Below the pieces are notes generated by a model. That model saw only the letters and a list, made by a program, of their open reading frames with translations. It was not told where the DNA came from and ran no database searches. This document shows positions 38,054 through 51,549 of a stretch of DNA of 60,099 nucleotides, piece after piece. How positions within the stretch are numbered: the stretch's first letter is position 1; every line of letters begins with the position of its first letter. Origin of the DNA: Atractiella rhizophila (lineage: Eukaryota); contig MU271464.1 in the NCBI GenBank assembly GCA_021432655.1, positions 1 to 60,099 on the forward strand, in the 5' to 3' direction. The position numbers and the translations under genes were made by a program.

Positions 38054-41000
38054 AAAGGTGCTAATGTCTATGTTTACTTGCGTCTAGTCTTCCGGTTTGG
38101 CTTTTCTTCGCTGTCAGGAATACTAAATGAGTCCTACAGTCCTACTGGCGTTCGAAAGATCCGGCGCCTCTTTATTCCGTGATGATCAAGAATAATTCAA
38201 ATTGCTGCCAAACGAGGTCAGCCTGGAAGACCATATTGTCTCCAAACCCGCCACATTCAAATCAAGGTTCACTCTCCTGCCGTATTTTGCACACTTCCCG
38301 ACAAGATAAAAGTTTCAAATCGCCTGAAGCTGCAGATAGAGGAGCAGCGCACAATCGACCAATGTCCTCCGACCATCCCTCACTAATCCTCGCACTATTA
38401 TCCAGAAGTCACGGGTGACATGCCGTGTCCTCCACTTCGAACGATTTCGTGCCCAGATTGAAGCAGTTTCTAAGTCAGCTAGCAAAGGTCAACGATTCAA
38501 TGGTTATGCAAGACACGCGCATTTCTATTAGTTCAGACATCGTGTTGTAACGATGTGATGATAGATATGGAATGAATGAAGTGGCACAGCTCTTCATGTC
38601 AGTCCAGTGGCTTCTCTTGTACCAGACCCCTGCCCAGCCCCCTGCATACCATCTTTGACAGAACATCCTTTATCCTCTCCAAGGAATTGTGGTTTTCCAT
38701 CAGTTCTACCTTCTCTCGGTGTTTTGATTTGTGGACATTTGTCAATGGCAATTTGAGTTACAGATAAGAGCGAACAGAATAGCCGTGGATTCTATTACAG
38801 ACTACAGATATGCATCTACGGAATCTATTCATATCGTTAGGTCTTTCCTTCTGGTCTCGAAAGTACTTACAATGTCGTCGTATCGGATAATTGCAATCTT
38901 CATTCACATAGCAAACAATCTTCCAAACCCGAAAACATAAACACATTGTCGTCAACTTGACTTCAAATGCTCCCTTGTTCGGACGCTAGAATTTCGGGGA
39001 GGGCTATGTTGTCTATCTGATTAGACTTGAAATCTGGAAAATAAAACTAAGACTGGAGAATAATTTTGAGAGCATGGGCCTCTTCCACTCTGCATTTGAA
39101 GTTAGGGTTGTGTTCCTGGCTCCACAGCGGTTTGACCACTATCAGCGCACCAATAATAAGACAGGATAAGGAGAATGGATTATGATAACCCCTAAGCTGA
39201 CTCCAAACACTTTGCCTGACTCAGCCTGAGCAGGAGAAATAGGACACCACAAGAGCAACGATACTTCATACGAAACTAATACTCCGCCAATTTACCACCA
39301 ATCCAAGACCAATCTTCTCAATCGCAATTGCTGGTCAGTAATAGGAGGAGCAAGTCCATAAATGAAGCCAACGTGGGGCAAAGACAGCGCCGTGCCTGGT
39401 GCGACCTTAAGGTCAATCATTTTGACACCTCAGCGTGCCGATACAATAATGTAAGGGAAACACAACCCGCCGGGTTCGAGCGAAGAAAACCGGACGCAGA
39501 ACATGTTGCATTCACGCTAGGTTTGCTTATCGGCCACGAGAAGTTATCAGGGACACGGACAGGCGGTGCACAGGAAGTTGAGGGGTAGTGCAAGGACACT
39601 GAGGCTGAAACGAAGAGCGACCAGGCGCAAAAGGTAGCCGAAATTACAACTGTATGTTTCTGCATGCTTGAAATAACGCAATAACTGTCATAACTAGCTC
39701 ATAAAGTACTTCGTCTGTGTTGACAAAGAAACTGGTAGTCAAGAAATCCGACCGAATGTGCAAGAGCAATTTGAAAATTTGAAATACCAAATATTGTTTG
39801 ATAATCCGATTTTTCTTAGGATGTTGACCCTGAGTCGAGCTGATAATGACTTATTTTTCGGCAATGAGCGGCCTCGCAAGCGTTTTGTCGTTTCGAGCTT
39901 TAACTCGAGAATATTACCCATTTCTCAAACAAAGGACATCAAAGACCACGAAGACATTCCAAAAGCTGTGAAGGCCAGGTGCTTCAAGGTTAGCAAAGGG
40001 TTCCCGGATCCCAATTTTGGGGGCTATGCTTCTATTGCTTGTATAAAAGTTCGATTCCATTTCTTCATGCCCTCATCAAGAACACCGCCATTCACTTCTG
40101 CTATTTCTGAGTCCAGATATCATCTACCTTCTTTACAATGTCTTACGATAGAACAACTTCCAACGAGCAATCTCAAGAAGGGGAGACCAGTAATACACAC
40201 GTCATCGATGTAACAAGACCAATGCAAGTGTTACGATCTCAGAGAGCAAACCGGCCCAAAGGCGGTGTGTACCGGCGCACGCAGGTGCTCAATGTCCTCA
40301 GCTGGACTAGTAGACCACAATCTGTAGTTATTGGTGCATTTCTTTTATCGCCTTAGTGAAGTATCCCCTAACGGATTGGAATGCTGCCGAAGGAGCTCGC
40401 TCTCTAAAATCGATGTCATCATCTGCGACTATTCACGGTGAGCCTGACTTTTGTGGTGCCGTAGACAATTGGTATTGATGTCACTGCCATTGATTCTCAA
40501 GCGGAAAGGTTGGTCGAATCCATTCCTACTTCAAGGGGCTAGCAGACACGTGTCAACAGGAACGGAACAACTCTCAGCACTACCAGCATTCCAGCTGTTA
40601 CCGGAGCTCCCGCTCCCATATGGAGCATCAAGAGCGTCTTCAGAAACCTCGAGAACACGTTTGCCACTTCTCCCGCCCCAGCTACCGAGGCAGCCAGAGT
40701 ATGGTCCCCTCCCGCCATAATCAAAAAAAGTTCTGAACCGATGGAGCTTTTGCCCTTGCATAGTGAGCCTCAGTTATTCTTAATTGCTAGCAGGTTGATT
40801 CTGATTAATATACATTTCACCCTTAAGCGTCAAGGTTTGTCAAACTTATTGCTATTTCTGATGACTAACAGATTTTACGCAAGTCAAACAGGCACAGCCA
40901 ACGACCTCACAATTCCGGCTGCTGCTAGCGCTTCTGCCGGCGCAAGGGATTTGGATTCCAACAACACCGAGAGCAGGTCTCCCACCAACAGCGACATAGT

Positions 41001-43567
41001 ATGCTTCTTTCCCCTACAATGCCCCAAATGAGTTCTGATGGCCTGGTCACGGTGGATTACGTCCATACAAAGGTCCGCCCTCCAGATGTATTTCCTTTGC
41101 TCGCGACGATCCTATCTTTCTTGCTGGGGTTCGTAAGGCAGGAAGACTCCCACGTTTATCAAGTGCTCTTCAATTGCTTGAACATCCTCCTTGCCGGGAC
41201 GGCGTGGGTAGATATCAGCTCGCGTTGGCGCGCCCGTACGCCATAAATTTCATTTTGCCTTCTTCCTTACTCACCCACACTTGAATTGACCAGGTGACCA
41301 CAAAGGGAGAGAATCCATCCGTAGCGTCATCCCTTGGCTCCTCTTCTGGACCTTCCATATGTACGTCACATTCGGGATCATTGTACACCGCCTGGACAAA
41401 AAGAAAAGATGGACGGTTACTTTTCTCCCCACAATCGTCTTGGTTTGGGTAGTTGCCATCAGTTCGATTTGTCGCAGGCTAATCAAACAGACCTGGCACA
41501 ATTCCCTTCGTTTTATGTGTGGCCACTGAAGGACAGGAATAGTGGATTGTTTCATTGAAGGACAGTAATAGCAGATCTGTTTCCTTGACTTAGATTTGCC
41601 ACTCGTACTAAATGTCACTGCTCAGATCTACATCTTGTTGTAAGTGGATAGGCTCCGTATGCATCTCTCAATGTACCTTTTTGCTTAAAACTTACAAAAG
41701 GATATGTATCGGACAAACTCTTCGAGTTCCACTTACGGCCATGTGAAAACATGAGGAGTTACTAGTGACTAGTTGCTGTTCATGATCATAATGGACACTG
41801 AGCTCCTCAAAAAGAAATTAAAACGAGAGGGAAATCATTTCATCCTGCATCGTCATTGTTCTTGCCTCTAGTTGCTAATTGCTTCACGCGTGTGAAGGAA
41901 AACCGTTCTGAGTCGCTTTCTTGAGCTTCAAAGACCTGATGAACTTGCCGATGTAAAGGGGGAGTACTCAAATTAATTGCACAATAGTCACAAGAACATG
42001 ACAAATCTGTATACAAGTTAGCGAAACTCGTTCTAGAGCTTGCTCCCCCATTGGTCAAACGCGAAAGAAAAGCTGGCAGCAGCTAAAGAAAAGTGGCACT
42101 TAAAGGGCGTCTGAATATAGCCGCGCCTCTTTCTTCCGATGAATAATGCAAAGCCAGGAAGGAAGATATGGATGGATATTGAAGGCTTGATCGCAAGAAG
42201 AAGCGACTGGGTCTAAATATGAAGGGAGAGAGATGGTTACGCCTCTTACGGGGAAAGCTTTCATTAAGCAAGGGTGCGAAGTTGTTGTAACCCATTCCCA
42301 GTCACGACTTGCCGTTAGGTGATCTCTGGGTCCGATTTAGTCGTTAACGATTGTTGGAGGAAGTAGGGATCTAACGATCAAGAATTCGCCATTTCAGGAC
42401 GAAGGTGTGTTTGTGTCCGCCTTCTCATCCAATGGTACTATATCTCGTACTGAAAACCGCGTGAACATCATGCCAGCGCTTGTCTAATGCCTCGACGGTC
42501 CTAGCTAATGGCGGCTGAACATTGTTGCTGCGTCCTGGCTGCTCTACAGGAGTTTTATGTTGGGGGATAAGGAGGAGTGGAGGACCTGGATCGACTATGA
42601 TCAGTGTTTCGAGTTATTGGACGGAGGAATAGGGTTCAGTGCGCTAGATTATTTGATCGATACGCCACCTAGGGCTGTTTATTGGAATCCGAAGGGGGAT
42701 TCAGGCCTGAAGATCTAGTTTCGACGCCGTCTATTTACTTTCAGTCTTAGTAATCTGAATGGTGTCGATAGACTAGATGGTTAGGAAGAAGAAGGGAGAG
42801 GAGTAGAGTGCTTAATTTGTATTTCTTTACGTTTTCGAAATTGTGCTTCAGAATTTTGTAGAATATATCGAGATCTCGCGCTTCGAGTTTCGAGAACGAT
42901 CTTTGGAGCAGGTGCCAAGTCGCTGATCTACTTTGTATGAGCATCTATCTTCAAACGCTGATCGCGCACAACACACCAGACGCTCTCAATGGACCTTTTC
43001 AAAATACAAGTCTGGGAGGCCGCTTGCAGTCACCTAATCACTTCCAATGCCAAGATGGATAGACAGATCCTTCAGGACGAACTCATTGTTCGAGATGTTG
43101 GTCCGCTTGCCCGCATGTAAGAATTTTTGCCTTAGTGGTGTAAGAAAGCCTTTCTTGATTCTTTCGTTCCTTCGACTAAGAGATGAAGGATACTACAGAT
43201 TCGAACCTGAGCTAATTAGGGAATGAAATGGTAGAGCCACTGATTATGCTTTCTTTAAATCTGCCGATCATGACAATGCTAGACTTCTGAAATTTGATTG
43301 CGAGATTTCAACAGATATGAGGGACATCTTGGAGCTAATGGCGAGCGAACTCAAACCGCGTGTTTAAGAAGGCATTACTGCGATGCCAGTGTGTGAGCGC
43401 AATGAACAACGAGAACAAGTGAGAAACATGATAAAACTGTCGCGACTTGAGTAATGATATTGACAAGTTGTCGTTACGTTGCTTCTTCCAGACGAGTGGA
43501 GCTTGTACGTACAGCCTACACAGAGCGCACCAAAGAAGTCGTGAGTGAGAGGTAGGAAGAAACGACG

Positions 43568-45038
43568 ATGGCTGCTCCCAAACGCTCGAGCTCGCCCACC
43601 GCACTCTCCCGCGCTCTCGGTGCCGCCTTCCTGCAACACCAAGTTGCCCAGCTCGAAAGTCAGGCGTCCGCCTCGAGTCAACGCGGCGCAGGCGGTAGGG
43701 GCGGGGGAGATGGACGCGGTGGCGGGAGGGGAAGGGGGAGGAGGGGTTTATGGGAACCTTCTGCTGGCGGAGGAAGCGGCGGAGGGATGAGGATATTGAA
43801 GAAGACGGATGAGAAGGGCAAGGGACGTGAGGTCGGCTCTTCTGCAGATGGGGATAAAACGGAGGAGGGGAGGAGGATCCCTCATCTTTCCGTCCTTCTG
43901 TACGCTCTCCCAGTCCTCAAATCATGGCTCAGAGCCGGCCATCGGGTACTCATACCTCTACACCGTTCGTCTTTATTCCATCGCATCAATCACTCGCTGT
44001 GTCCTCTCTTGACTCTGACTCTGATCGACAACAGTGATAGCCGAGCTCGACAAACTCAAATCACAGAAAGATGTCCCAGAGGCGACTCAAGCGCGGGAAG
44101 CCATTCGATTCCTCGAGTCCCAATTCGCACGCTATCGCTCCGCGCCGGCTGCAAGGGCATCGGAAGACGGAGCGAAGAAGGAGGAATCCGAAATGCTGCT
44201 TCTGGCACAGGGAGTGAGGGAGGAGGTGCCTTGGGGCGACACCGAGTCGCACTTTCGACCCTTTTCCACCTCGACACATGCCTCTGCGGGAGAGAAAAAA
44301 GAAGAGAAGAATATAGAGGAGGACGGGAAGGAAATGCCGCTTGATGAGGAGAGGACAATCGTTGATTGTCCCTCTGACATCCGACCTCTCATCCAATGCG
44401 CTCTCTGGCGGAAACCTCTGCATAGCCGGGTGTACATCTATTCCCCATCTTCGTCGGTCCCTCTCTCTGCAGCTACGTCTCCCAAACCAGATGCAAACGC
44501 GAACGGAGGGTCGGAAAGCATCGAACACTTAGCGGCGTGGCTCACAGCTTTCGGGATAACAGTCGTCCAAGTAGACGAAGGGGAGAGAGAGAGAGCAACC
44601 AAAGAAGAGGAAGAGCGGCGACGACCTCGTCTCGGTGCACAGAATCGCAAGACGAACAACCCTCCAGGTTCGGCGTCATCATCACAACCAGTACCACAGC
44701 CAAAAGAGCGGCGAGTGCCTGGCCTGAACCGTCCTGCCGCGCCGGCGGTCACGCCAGCTCCTCCGTCCAACCCTCGACAGCCTCCTCCGAAAACGCAACC
44801 ACCTCGTCAGGCAGCGCTGCCGACGCCTCCTCAGCCTCCACAACCTGCTGCACCACCATCCCAACCGAACCCACCAGCTCCTCCCGCTTACCCTTCACCT
44901 CTTCCGCCTCGCGAATCTCCGAATTCCCTTCCAGGTGGACAAATCAAGATCCTCCAACGGCCCCCTCCTGCAAATGCCCAGAATCCGACTGGAGGGAGGG
45001 GGAGAGGTGGAGCGGAGAGAGGGTTATTCGTGCCTTGA
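43568..45038 (+). CDS. PIN-fold (SWT1/SMG6-like) protein with Pro-rich tail
   Basis: LSRALGAAFLQHQVAQLE N-terminus, SVLLYALPVLKSW...VLIPLH|VIAELDKLK...AREAIRFLE. Intron ~43964-44034. Confidence 0.7.
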
Positions 45039-45321
45039 ACACCGTGGATCCCTCCGCAGAGGACTATCGATTGTCTCCGATTATGTCTGGAATCGTTTGC
45101 CATACTTGCCTCTGTTGATCACAGTCTGAACAAAGGACATTTGTGAATTGTATCATATCCCTGCACTGTCTGAGCAGCTCGTCGCCGCGTTTTGTTTGTG
45201 AGAAAGAGACGCTTTTGTTCATTACACTCCTTCCTCCCACCTAAATACTTTGTCGCTCTCCGAGCATCTACAACGCGAAGCAAAGAGTACGAAGAGTATA
45301 ACGTTAATTCGACGCCTTCGA

Positions 45322-46446
45322 TTACTGGATGTGTCCTTTTCCTGGCTTCTCCGACGTGATACCTATCCCATTCACCGTCAGACCGTCACGACAACGGAAC
45401 AGAACGAGGAAAAGTAAGAAGGAAGGGAGCAAGGGAAAGACGAACCGGTGAACGGATCAGCCTTCTGTCTGATCGATTTCTCGTTAGCCGCCTCCTGCCA
45501 TTCCTTGGTCATCGTCTTAGGGGTATTCCCGACTACACATCGCATCAGCATCCCATTTCAAAGAGTGCCGGGGAAGAAAGAAAGGGCAAGGAGGAGGGGA
45601 GGCACGAACTGGCTCGAAGTCCGAAAAAGACGACTCCGGCGATGACGAGCACGGCTGTGACACCGAGGGTGACCTTCATGCTGTCTCCAGGCTTGGTGAG
45701 CGGTTCACGGGGTCCATGGGGTCCGAAAGCGATGTAGTAGGCTACATTTCCAACCGTCATTCATCAGTCAAGTCCAGTCCGAGCTGTCTGTTGGGTGGAG
45801 GAGGGAGACGAACCAGCCTTCTTCTCGTCGAGAGAGAGAGTCTTCCAGTCTGATTTTTGGACTTCTTCCAGGTGCCGGAAGATCTTTTCTTGGTCTTGAG
45901 GTGCGAGGGTCTTCCATGCTGTCTCGATCTATGGCCGTTACCAAATAAGAAGACAAAGCGGTAAGTTTCACATTAAGCATTGAAACAAAGTAGCGTGTCC
46001 AGAAGAGATATTGAGACGAAGGTATTGGAGGAAATGCTGTCCACCCGTAGCTGGCTGGGGTAAGGTGATGCGCCAACTTAGCGTGACACATAGTCCCCTA
46101 GGAGTAACACATCCTTCTCGAGAGCAAAGAGCATATCAGCGGTCCAAGGAAGAGGTTGTGAACTCTTCATAACTAGAACCGCGCTCTCATTTCGTCGGTG
46201 ACGGTGACAACATCCGACGTCTCCGTCTCTCCGTCTCTCCTCCTCCGACTCTCCCTCCTCGCCAGTCGGCATCCCCGCCAACAGAACAACGGCCACAAAG
46301 TGATAAGAACATACATTGCTCAGCTTGATATCGCCCAAGGCCGACGGAGAGCCAGCAGCTGCTGGGGCAGCGGTAGCATACGACCTGAGTCCGTTGGCAG
46401 CCGGGCGCAGGAGTGGCAGGGGGCGGGTGAGTGCGCGGGACAGCAT
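45322..46446 (-). CDS. COX5: Cytochrome c oxidase subunit IV family (yeast Cox5 / mammalian COX4)
   Basis: Mitochondrial presequence MLSRALTRP..., LEEVQKSDWKTLSLDEKKA, AYYIAFGPHGPREP, one TM helix, TPKTMTKEWQEAANE...KADPFTGI. Confidence 0.95.
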
Positions 46447-48200
46447 ACTGTGGGGAGAGTGCTGAGGAGGTGACCAGTGGGAGAGTGTGGATTTGTTGAG
46501 AAGAAGAAATCGAGCGAGCGGAAGGTAGTCGGATGAAGTCGGCAAGCATACTAGTTGTACGTACTGCTGCTGGCTTCAACCAACCGCAGACGGCAGTGGG
46601 AGACATGGATGGCTGGACGCCGAAGCTTTGGAACTTATTGCAATGCAAGATTGCCAATGGGACGCATGGGAGGCTAGCGACAAGGTACGCTGCTTTGAAG
46701 TTTTGAGGTGTGGTCTTCTCCCATGGCTCGTCCACAATGTAATTCATCTGTTTTCTCTGTTACAAACGCCAAAGCGAGATTTATTTAACCGTTTGTGAGT
46801 TTTCTGCCATCCTTGTTCAGCTATGAACAGCTGCCAGGGACTCATGCACAGTACTTCTACTTCAAATATATGACTTAGTCCAATTTCGGAACACTTTTCT
46901 GACAACTCTTTGTGCAGACCTTTTAGGGGTCATTCCTTACTGGTCACTACTGAGACCACAATACATGACCATATAAGATTGTAGGTGCTCAAGACTCGAT
47001 CAGTTACAAACCCCTTGATGTGAAATGCTTGAGAAATGTTCGTCACAGCAAGGACGTAATACTATATTTTCTCAGTGTTTCTGATATGACCCTCGACCCT
47101 AGTTTTACATGTGCACCTATGTTCCGGTGGCCTGCTCCTCAGTGGCTTTGTTATCAAAGCTCCTTTTCTTTCTTGGTCCGCGATGACTTCTCAGTGGAAG
47201 CACTTCAATATGTTTCATACTGACTATGGCCACGACTTCAGGGACGGAAAGTAGACACTCATGCAAACAGTGCTGTATCTGAGCACAATTTGTTCACCTA
47301 ACGACAATCAAAGATTGAGGGTTCGTCCGCAGTAAGTAGTCTATCATCACTGAGAGCAACGTACATTATTACCTTTTTCTGCGCTTTCCCAACTAGCAGC
47401 GTCAGATTCCCCTCTAATTGTGCTACTGCTGCCCCTACTGCCTCTTGGCTGAAGATATGCCATTTCCTCCAGACCAATAACTCTAGCGGTACACAAATTT
47501 TAACTCGCCCATCACGAAGAAATGTACTGCAATGGGAAGCTTGAGAAAGGAGAGCACTAGAGTGCGGTATGGTCTGCGGTGGAAGACTTTGCCGCGCAAC
47601 TGACTCCCTCGGAATCGACAAATCTGATTCTCGCCGCGCGCTTGTCTGCACCACCCTCTTTCCGATTATTTCTCACAGCTGAGATCCAAATCTAGTCAGC
47701 AACAGTGCAAGTATCTTTTGTGAGAATCGACGCACGGGGCACAATGACAATGGAGATAGAGTGGAACGTTTGCGCGTGCTCCCACAACCACACTCACACG
47801 GCGGCGTTGAACACTGCGACGGCGCGGAGGATGTGGAGTGAGCGGGAACAATCCGTTGACAACACTCTACCCGTCCTTCCCGAGGAGTTCGCAGCAGAAC
47901 CGCGCTTGGCGCTTGGGTTATCAGCCCTCACTCCGACGTCGAGCGTAGGAGTTACGAACCGCGCGTCACACGCACGCTTTGTCGTCCTCCCTTTGGGAAC
48001 CATTCTTTGACATCCGACAACTGTACCATCCTTGGTGGTGCAACGATGAGTTCTTTCAGCCAGGAAGTGATTGTGCGTTGTGGCATCGGATCGGTTGCCC
48101 CAGCCCGAAGGATATAAAGCTGGCTCTCTCCCTTGCTTGTAGTCAGTACAATCATCTTTCGTCAACGACTTCATATCCCTCTTGGAAGAGATCCACCAAA

Positions 48201-49699
48201 ATGTCCACTCATAAGGCAGCTATCATTGAAGGTCCCGGCCAACAATACAAGATCTCTCAAGTTCCCACGAGAGAGCCCAAAGCTGACGAAATCAGAATCA
48301 AAGTCAGCTCCTGCGGGTATGATTTCTTTATTTCAACCGGATAAAAAACAAAAACAACCCAAAAACCCCCTTAGAGTCTGTTATTCCGATGGTGCCACCG
48401 TGTACGGGAAGTGGCCAGGCGTTTCTTATCCCCGAATCCCTGGTGCGTCTCTTTCCGTCAGAGCAAGACGAGATTGTTCACAAGCCGTTACAGGCCATGA
48501 GATTGTTGGTCGCGTAGATAAGTTGGGGGCGAATGTTGATGCGACGCGCTTTCCCGTTGGATCACGGGTTGGGGCAGGATTTTTCGGTCTGGTTCTCCCT
48601 ACATTAGCTTGTGAGCACAGCATTGAAGGGGTGACACAGGCGGAAACTGTTTCAAATGCGACGAATGTTTAAAAGGCGACCTGGCTGGTTGTAGTAAGAT
48701 GGGTCTTGGAAATGCTGTGGGCGCCGTCATCGATGGAGGCTTCCAGGAATATGTCTCCTTGCCTTCGTCAGGTACGCAGTAACATGTTTTCTTGCTCTGA
48801 GTGTTCTGATCTGTGTGCCAGCTGTCGTCAGGATCCCAGAAGGAGGAGAAAGTGATGCTGAGATTTCACCGCTCCTTTGTGCGGGTATGCACCTCATCCT
48901 TTTTACAAGAGCGTTCCCTGGTTGATTCTGCAAACGTCAATAGGAGTGACTGTGTACGACGCTATCAAAAATGCAGATTACAAGTCCGGAGATCTCGCTC
49001 TTGTCCAAGGTATCGGTGGTCTAGGCCATCTCGCTATCCAGTTCGCAGCAAAACTTGGGATGCGAGTTGTCGCCGTTTCAGGAACATCTGATAAGAAGGA
49101 TTTGGCGTTACAACTTGGTGCTCATGACCTTTGGACCAGTGCAGAAGCGGTTGAGAAGGCGCAACAGTTCGGTGGAGCTAAGCTGATCATCACCACTGTC
49201 ACGGCGTCGAAAGCCATGTCCGAGGTCAGCCGTTTTTATCGTCTTCATTCCACCTTTTAACAAGTAGTGTAGATTATCCCTGCTGTCGCGAGATATGGCA
49301 CGGTTCTTCTAGTCGGCGTGCCAACCGATGGTGGACTCGAAGCTTCACCAGTGGTTCTTACGACGCGCCGAGCTCAAATCAAGGGGTGGTTCTGTGGCGA
49401 GCCCAACAGGTATACACTTTCCTGAACTGTCTTTGTTATTCATGTTGACCCGTGACGATTTACAGCATCGAAGAAACAGTTAAATTCGCACTTCTCAAGG
49501 ATGTGAAAGCCCTCATCAAGGTATCTCAAATAGCTTACCTAGGATAACGCTTTGACTCTATTACTAGACGTTTCCTCTCGATAATATTCAGGAAGCTTGG
49601 GATGACGTTTTAACTGGCAAACCGAAGTTTAGGTTCGTCTTATTTGATCTCGTGAAGGGCTGTTACTGAAGTTATCCCAGGAACGTGATCGTCTTTTGA
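48201..49699 (+). CDS. Zinc-dependent alcohol dehydrogenase (MDR family)
   Basis: CGVCYSD, PRIPGHEIVG, structural Zn CFKCDEC......GC, SPLLCAGVT, QGIGGLGHLAIQFA. TATA-like gatataaag at ~48111. Confidence 0.93.
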
Positions 49700-49815
49700 C
49701 GAAAAAATGTAGGAGCTATTGGTCACACTAACAAGGATATGTAAATCCTGCAAAAATTTCGCTTTCAAATGCAGATTATAGTTACGTGTCAACCTGTTAA
49801 CAATCGCAAAATTGA

Positions 49816-51549
49816 TCAGAGAGGCTGGATATACAGGCCATTCTTGTTGAACTTTCCCTGAGGATCGTATTTCGTCTTCAGCTGTCGGAGCTTTGCATAA
49901 TTTCCTCTAAATATCTGCTCAATATACAGGTCAAGGTCCTGAAGTATGGCATAACCGAAACGCACGGTTTCAGGCTGCAAAAAGTCAGCCGGAGCACTGG
50001 GGAAGCAATCAGTCTCTGCCGTGTTCGCTCCTACGATTTCTCTTCCGCTTTGGATCAGTCTAGTTGCCTCCTCCTTTATTCTGTTGAACGTTTCTGCATC
50101 GTCCTGTGCAGCGAACCTACAGCCAACTGGACGACAGTGATACGCTCAGAACGCGGCCATGCCGTTAAGTCGCTCGATGCAGTGGCCTCGGAGGCATAGT
50201 TAAATACCAGTAAGGAGCAAAGAGTTCACCCACAGCGTGATCAATTTCAAGGACGAACAACGTGCAAGGCACTTGAAAATCAGGCTGTTTCGTGGCTCTC
50301 AGATACCAGTCCCAGCCTCTGAGAATAGTCTGTTCGTCCACCTTAGTCGTGAGAGGAGCGTACAGAACTGTGTTCATTGTTCCGTACAGCTGCGACAGAC
50401 TCTCTTCCCAAAAGATCGATAATGTTACAAGTAAGTGCAAGGTTAGAATGTAATTGAATATCGGCGCACCATATCCTGCAATGATTTCACAGAACGTCTT
50501 CATACCAGTGCCATCACTGAGCCTCCCTTCCAGCTCCCAGATCCATCCAAGACCCGTAATATTATCGCTTTTCGCATTGTGCTCTCCCACAGGATCAAAA
50601 ATTTGTACAGCGAATGAAGGTCTTGAAGCGTCGATACAAACGGCCAGAACGTAGAAGGTCGTGCCTCTAGATAAACTTGAGTTTTCCTTTAGCCATTTAT
50701 CGGCCCTTTTCGCAAAGGCAGGAAGAGCAGAACCATCGAAGAAAATGCTACCACCATATATTTTTCGAGGGTATGGATGTGCACGCAGGAGATAGGACTT
50801 GACAACTATTTCGCCAGTATCAATTAAAGGTGCAAAGTGCAGTGGGAAATGAACTAACCGCCAAAATTTCCGTGACCCCCTCTTAAGGCCCAGAGCAGGT
50901 TGCCATTTTCCTCTTCGCTGGCCCAAACCTCTCGACCGTCTTGCAGTATCACACGAGCATCCAAAAAATTCCCAGGATCACTTCCCCATCCATACTGAGG
51001 GCTAAGCCAACTCGATCCACCTTGTTGACACTTATTCTTAGTTGATTATTGTATCATGAAAGCGCACCAGCAATTATGCTGCCCCCTACTCCAACAATTG
51101 ATACGCGAGGCCCGACAACCACATAATCAGGGGCAAACTTCTCCATTTTCTGGTACACACTGTTGCCAACTTATTGTAAGTAGTAATGGCTAGCCGATAA
51201 AGCAAAATTCGACACACGTTCTCCAATTCTGGCCCCCCTCCACCAGAACCGTCTTTTCTTTTTCATCCCACTCAAACCCGTCAAAAGCCTTCATGCTTAA
51301 GACTATGTCCACATTCTGCGATCCTGCGATTCCGCCTGAACGCACGCTGAAGGAGAAAGGTGAGTCGTAAAGCAATTTTATTGTTGTCGACAATTCAACT
51401 TGGTCTTTGGGCACTAGGACAAGGTTGGATTGAACTGTACTCTGATCCAAGGACCACTGGGTGGTATATGAAGCGAATTCCGGAGAGTTGGGAAGCAAAA
51501 TAGAGGCTGGCTGCAGATGTTGCTTGATCACGCTGATAAAGTGGTCCAT
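49816..51549 (-). CDS. FAD-linked oxidoreductase (FAD_binding_4/BBE-like), paralog A
   Basis: LVLVPK..ELS..IK, FSVRSGG, VGVGGS..GGSSWLS.QYGWGSDP.NFLDARVILQDG, LLWALRGGHGNFG, LRQLKTKYDPQG. Confidence 0.9.
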
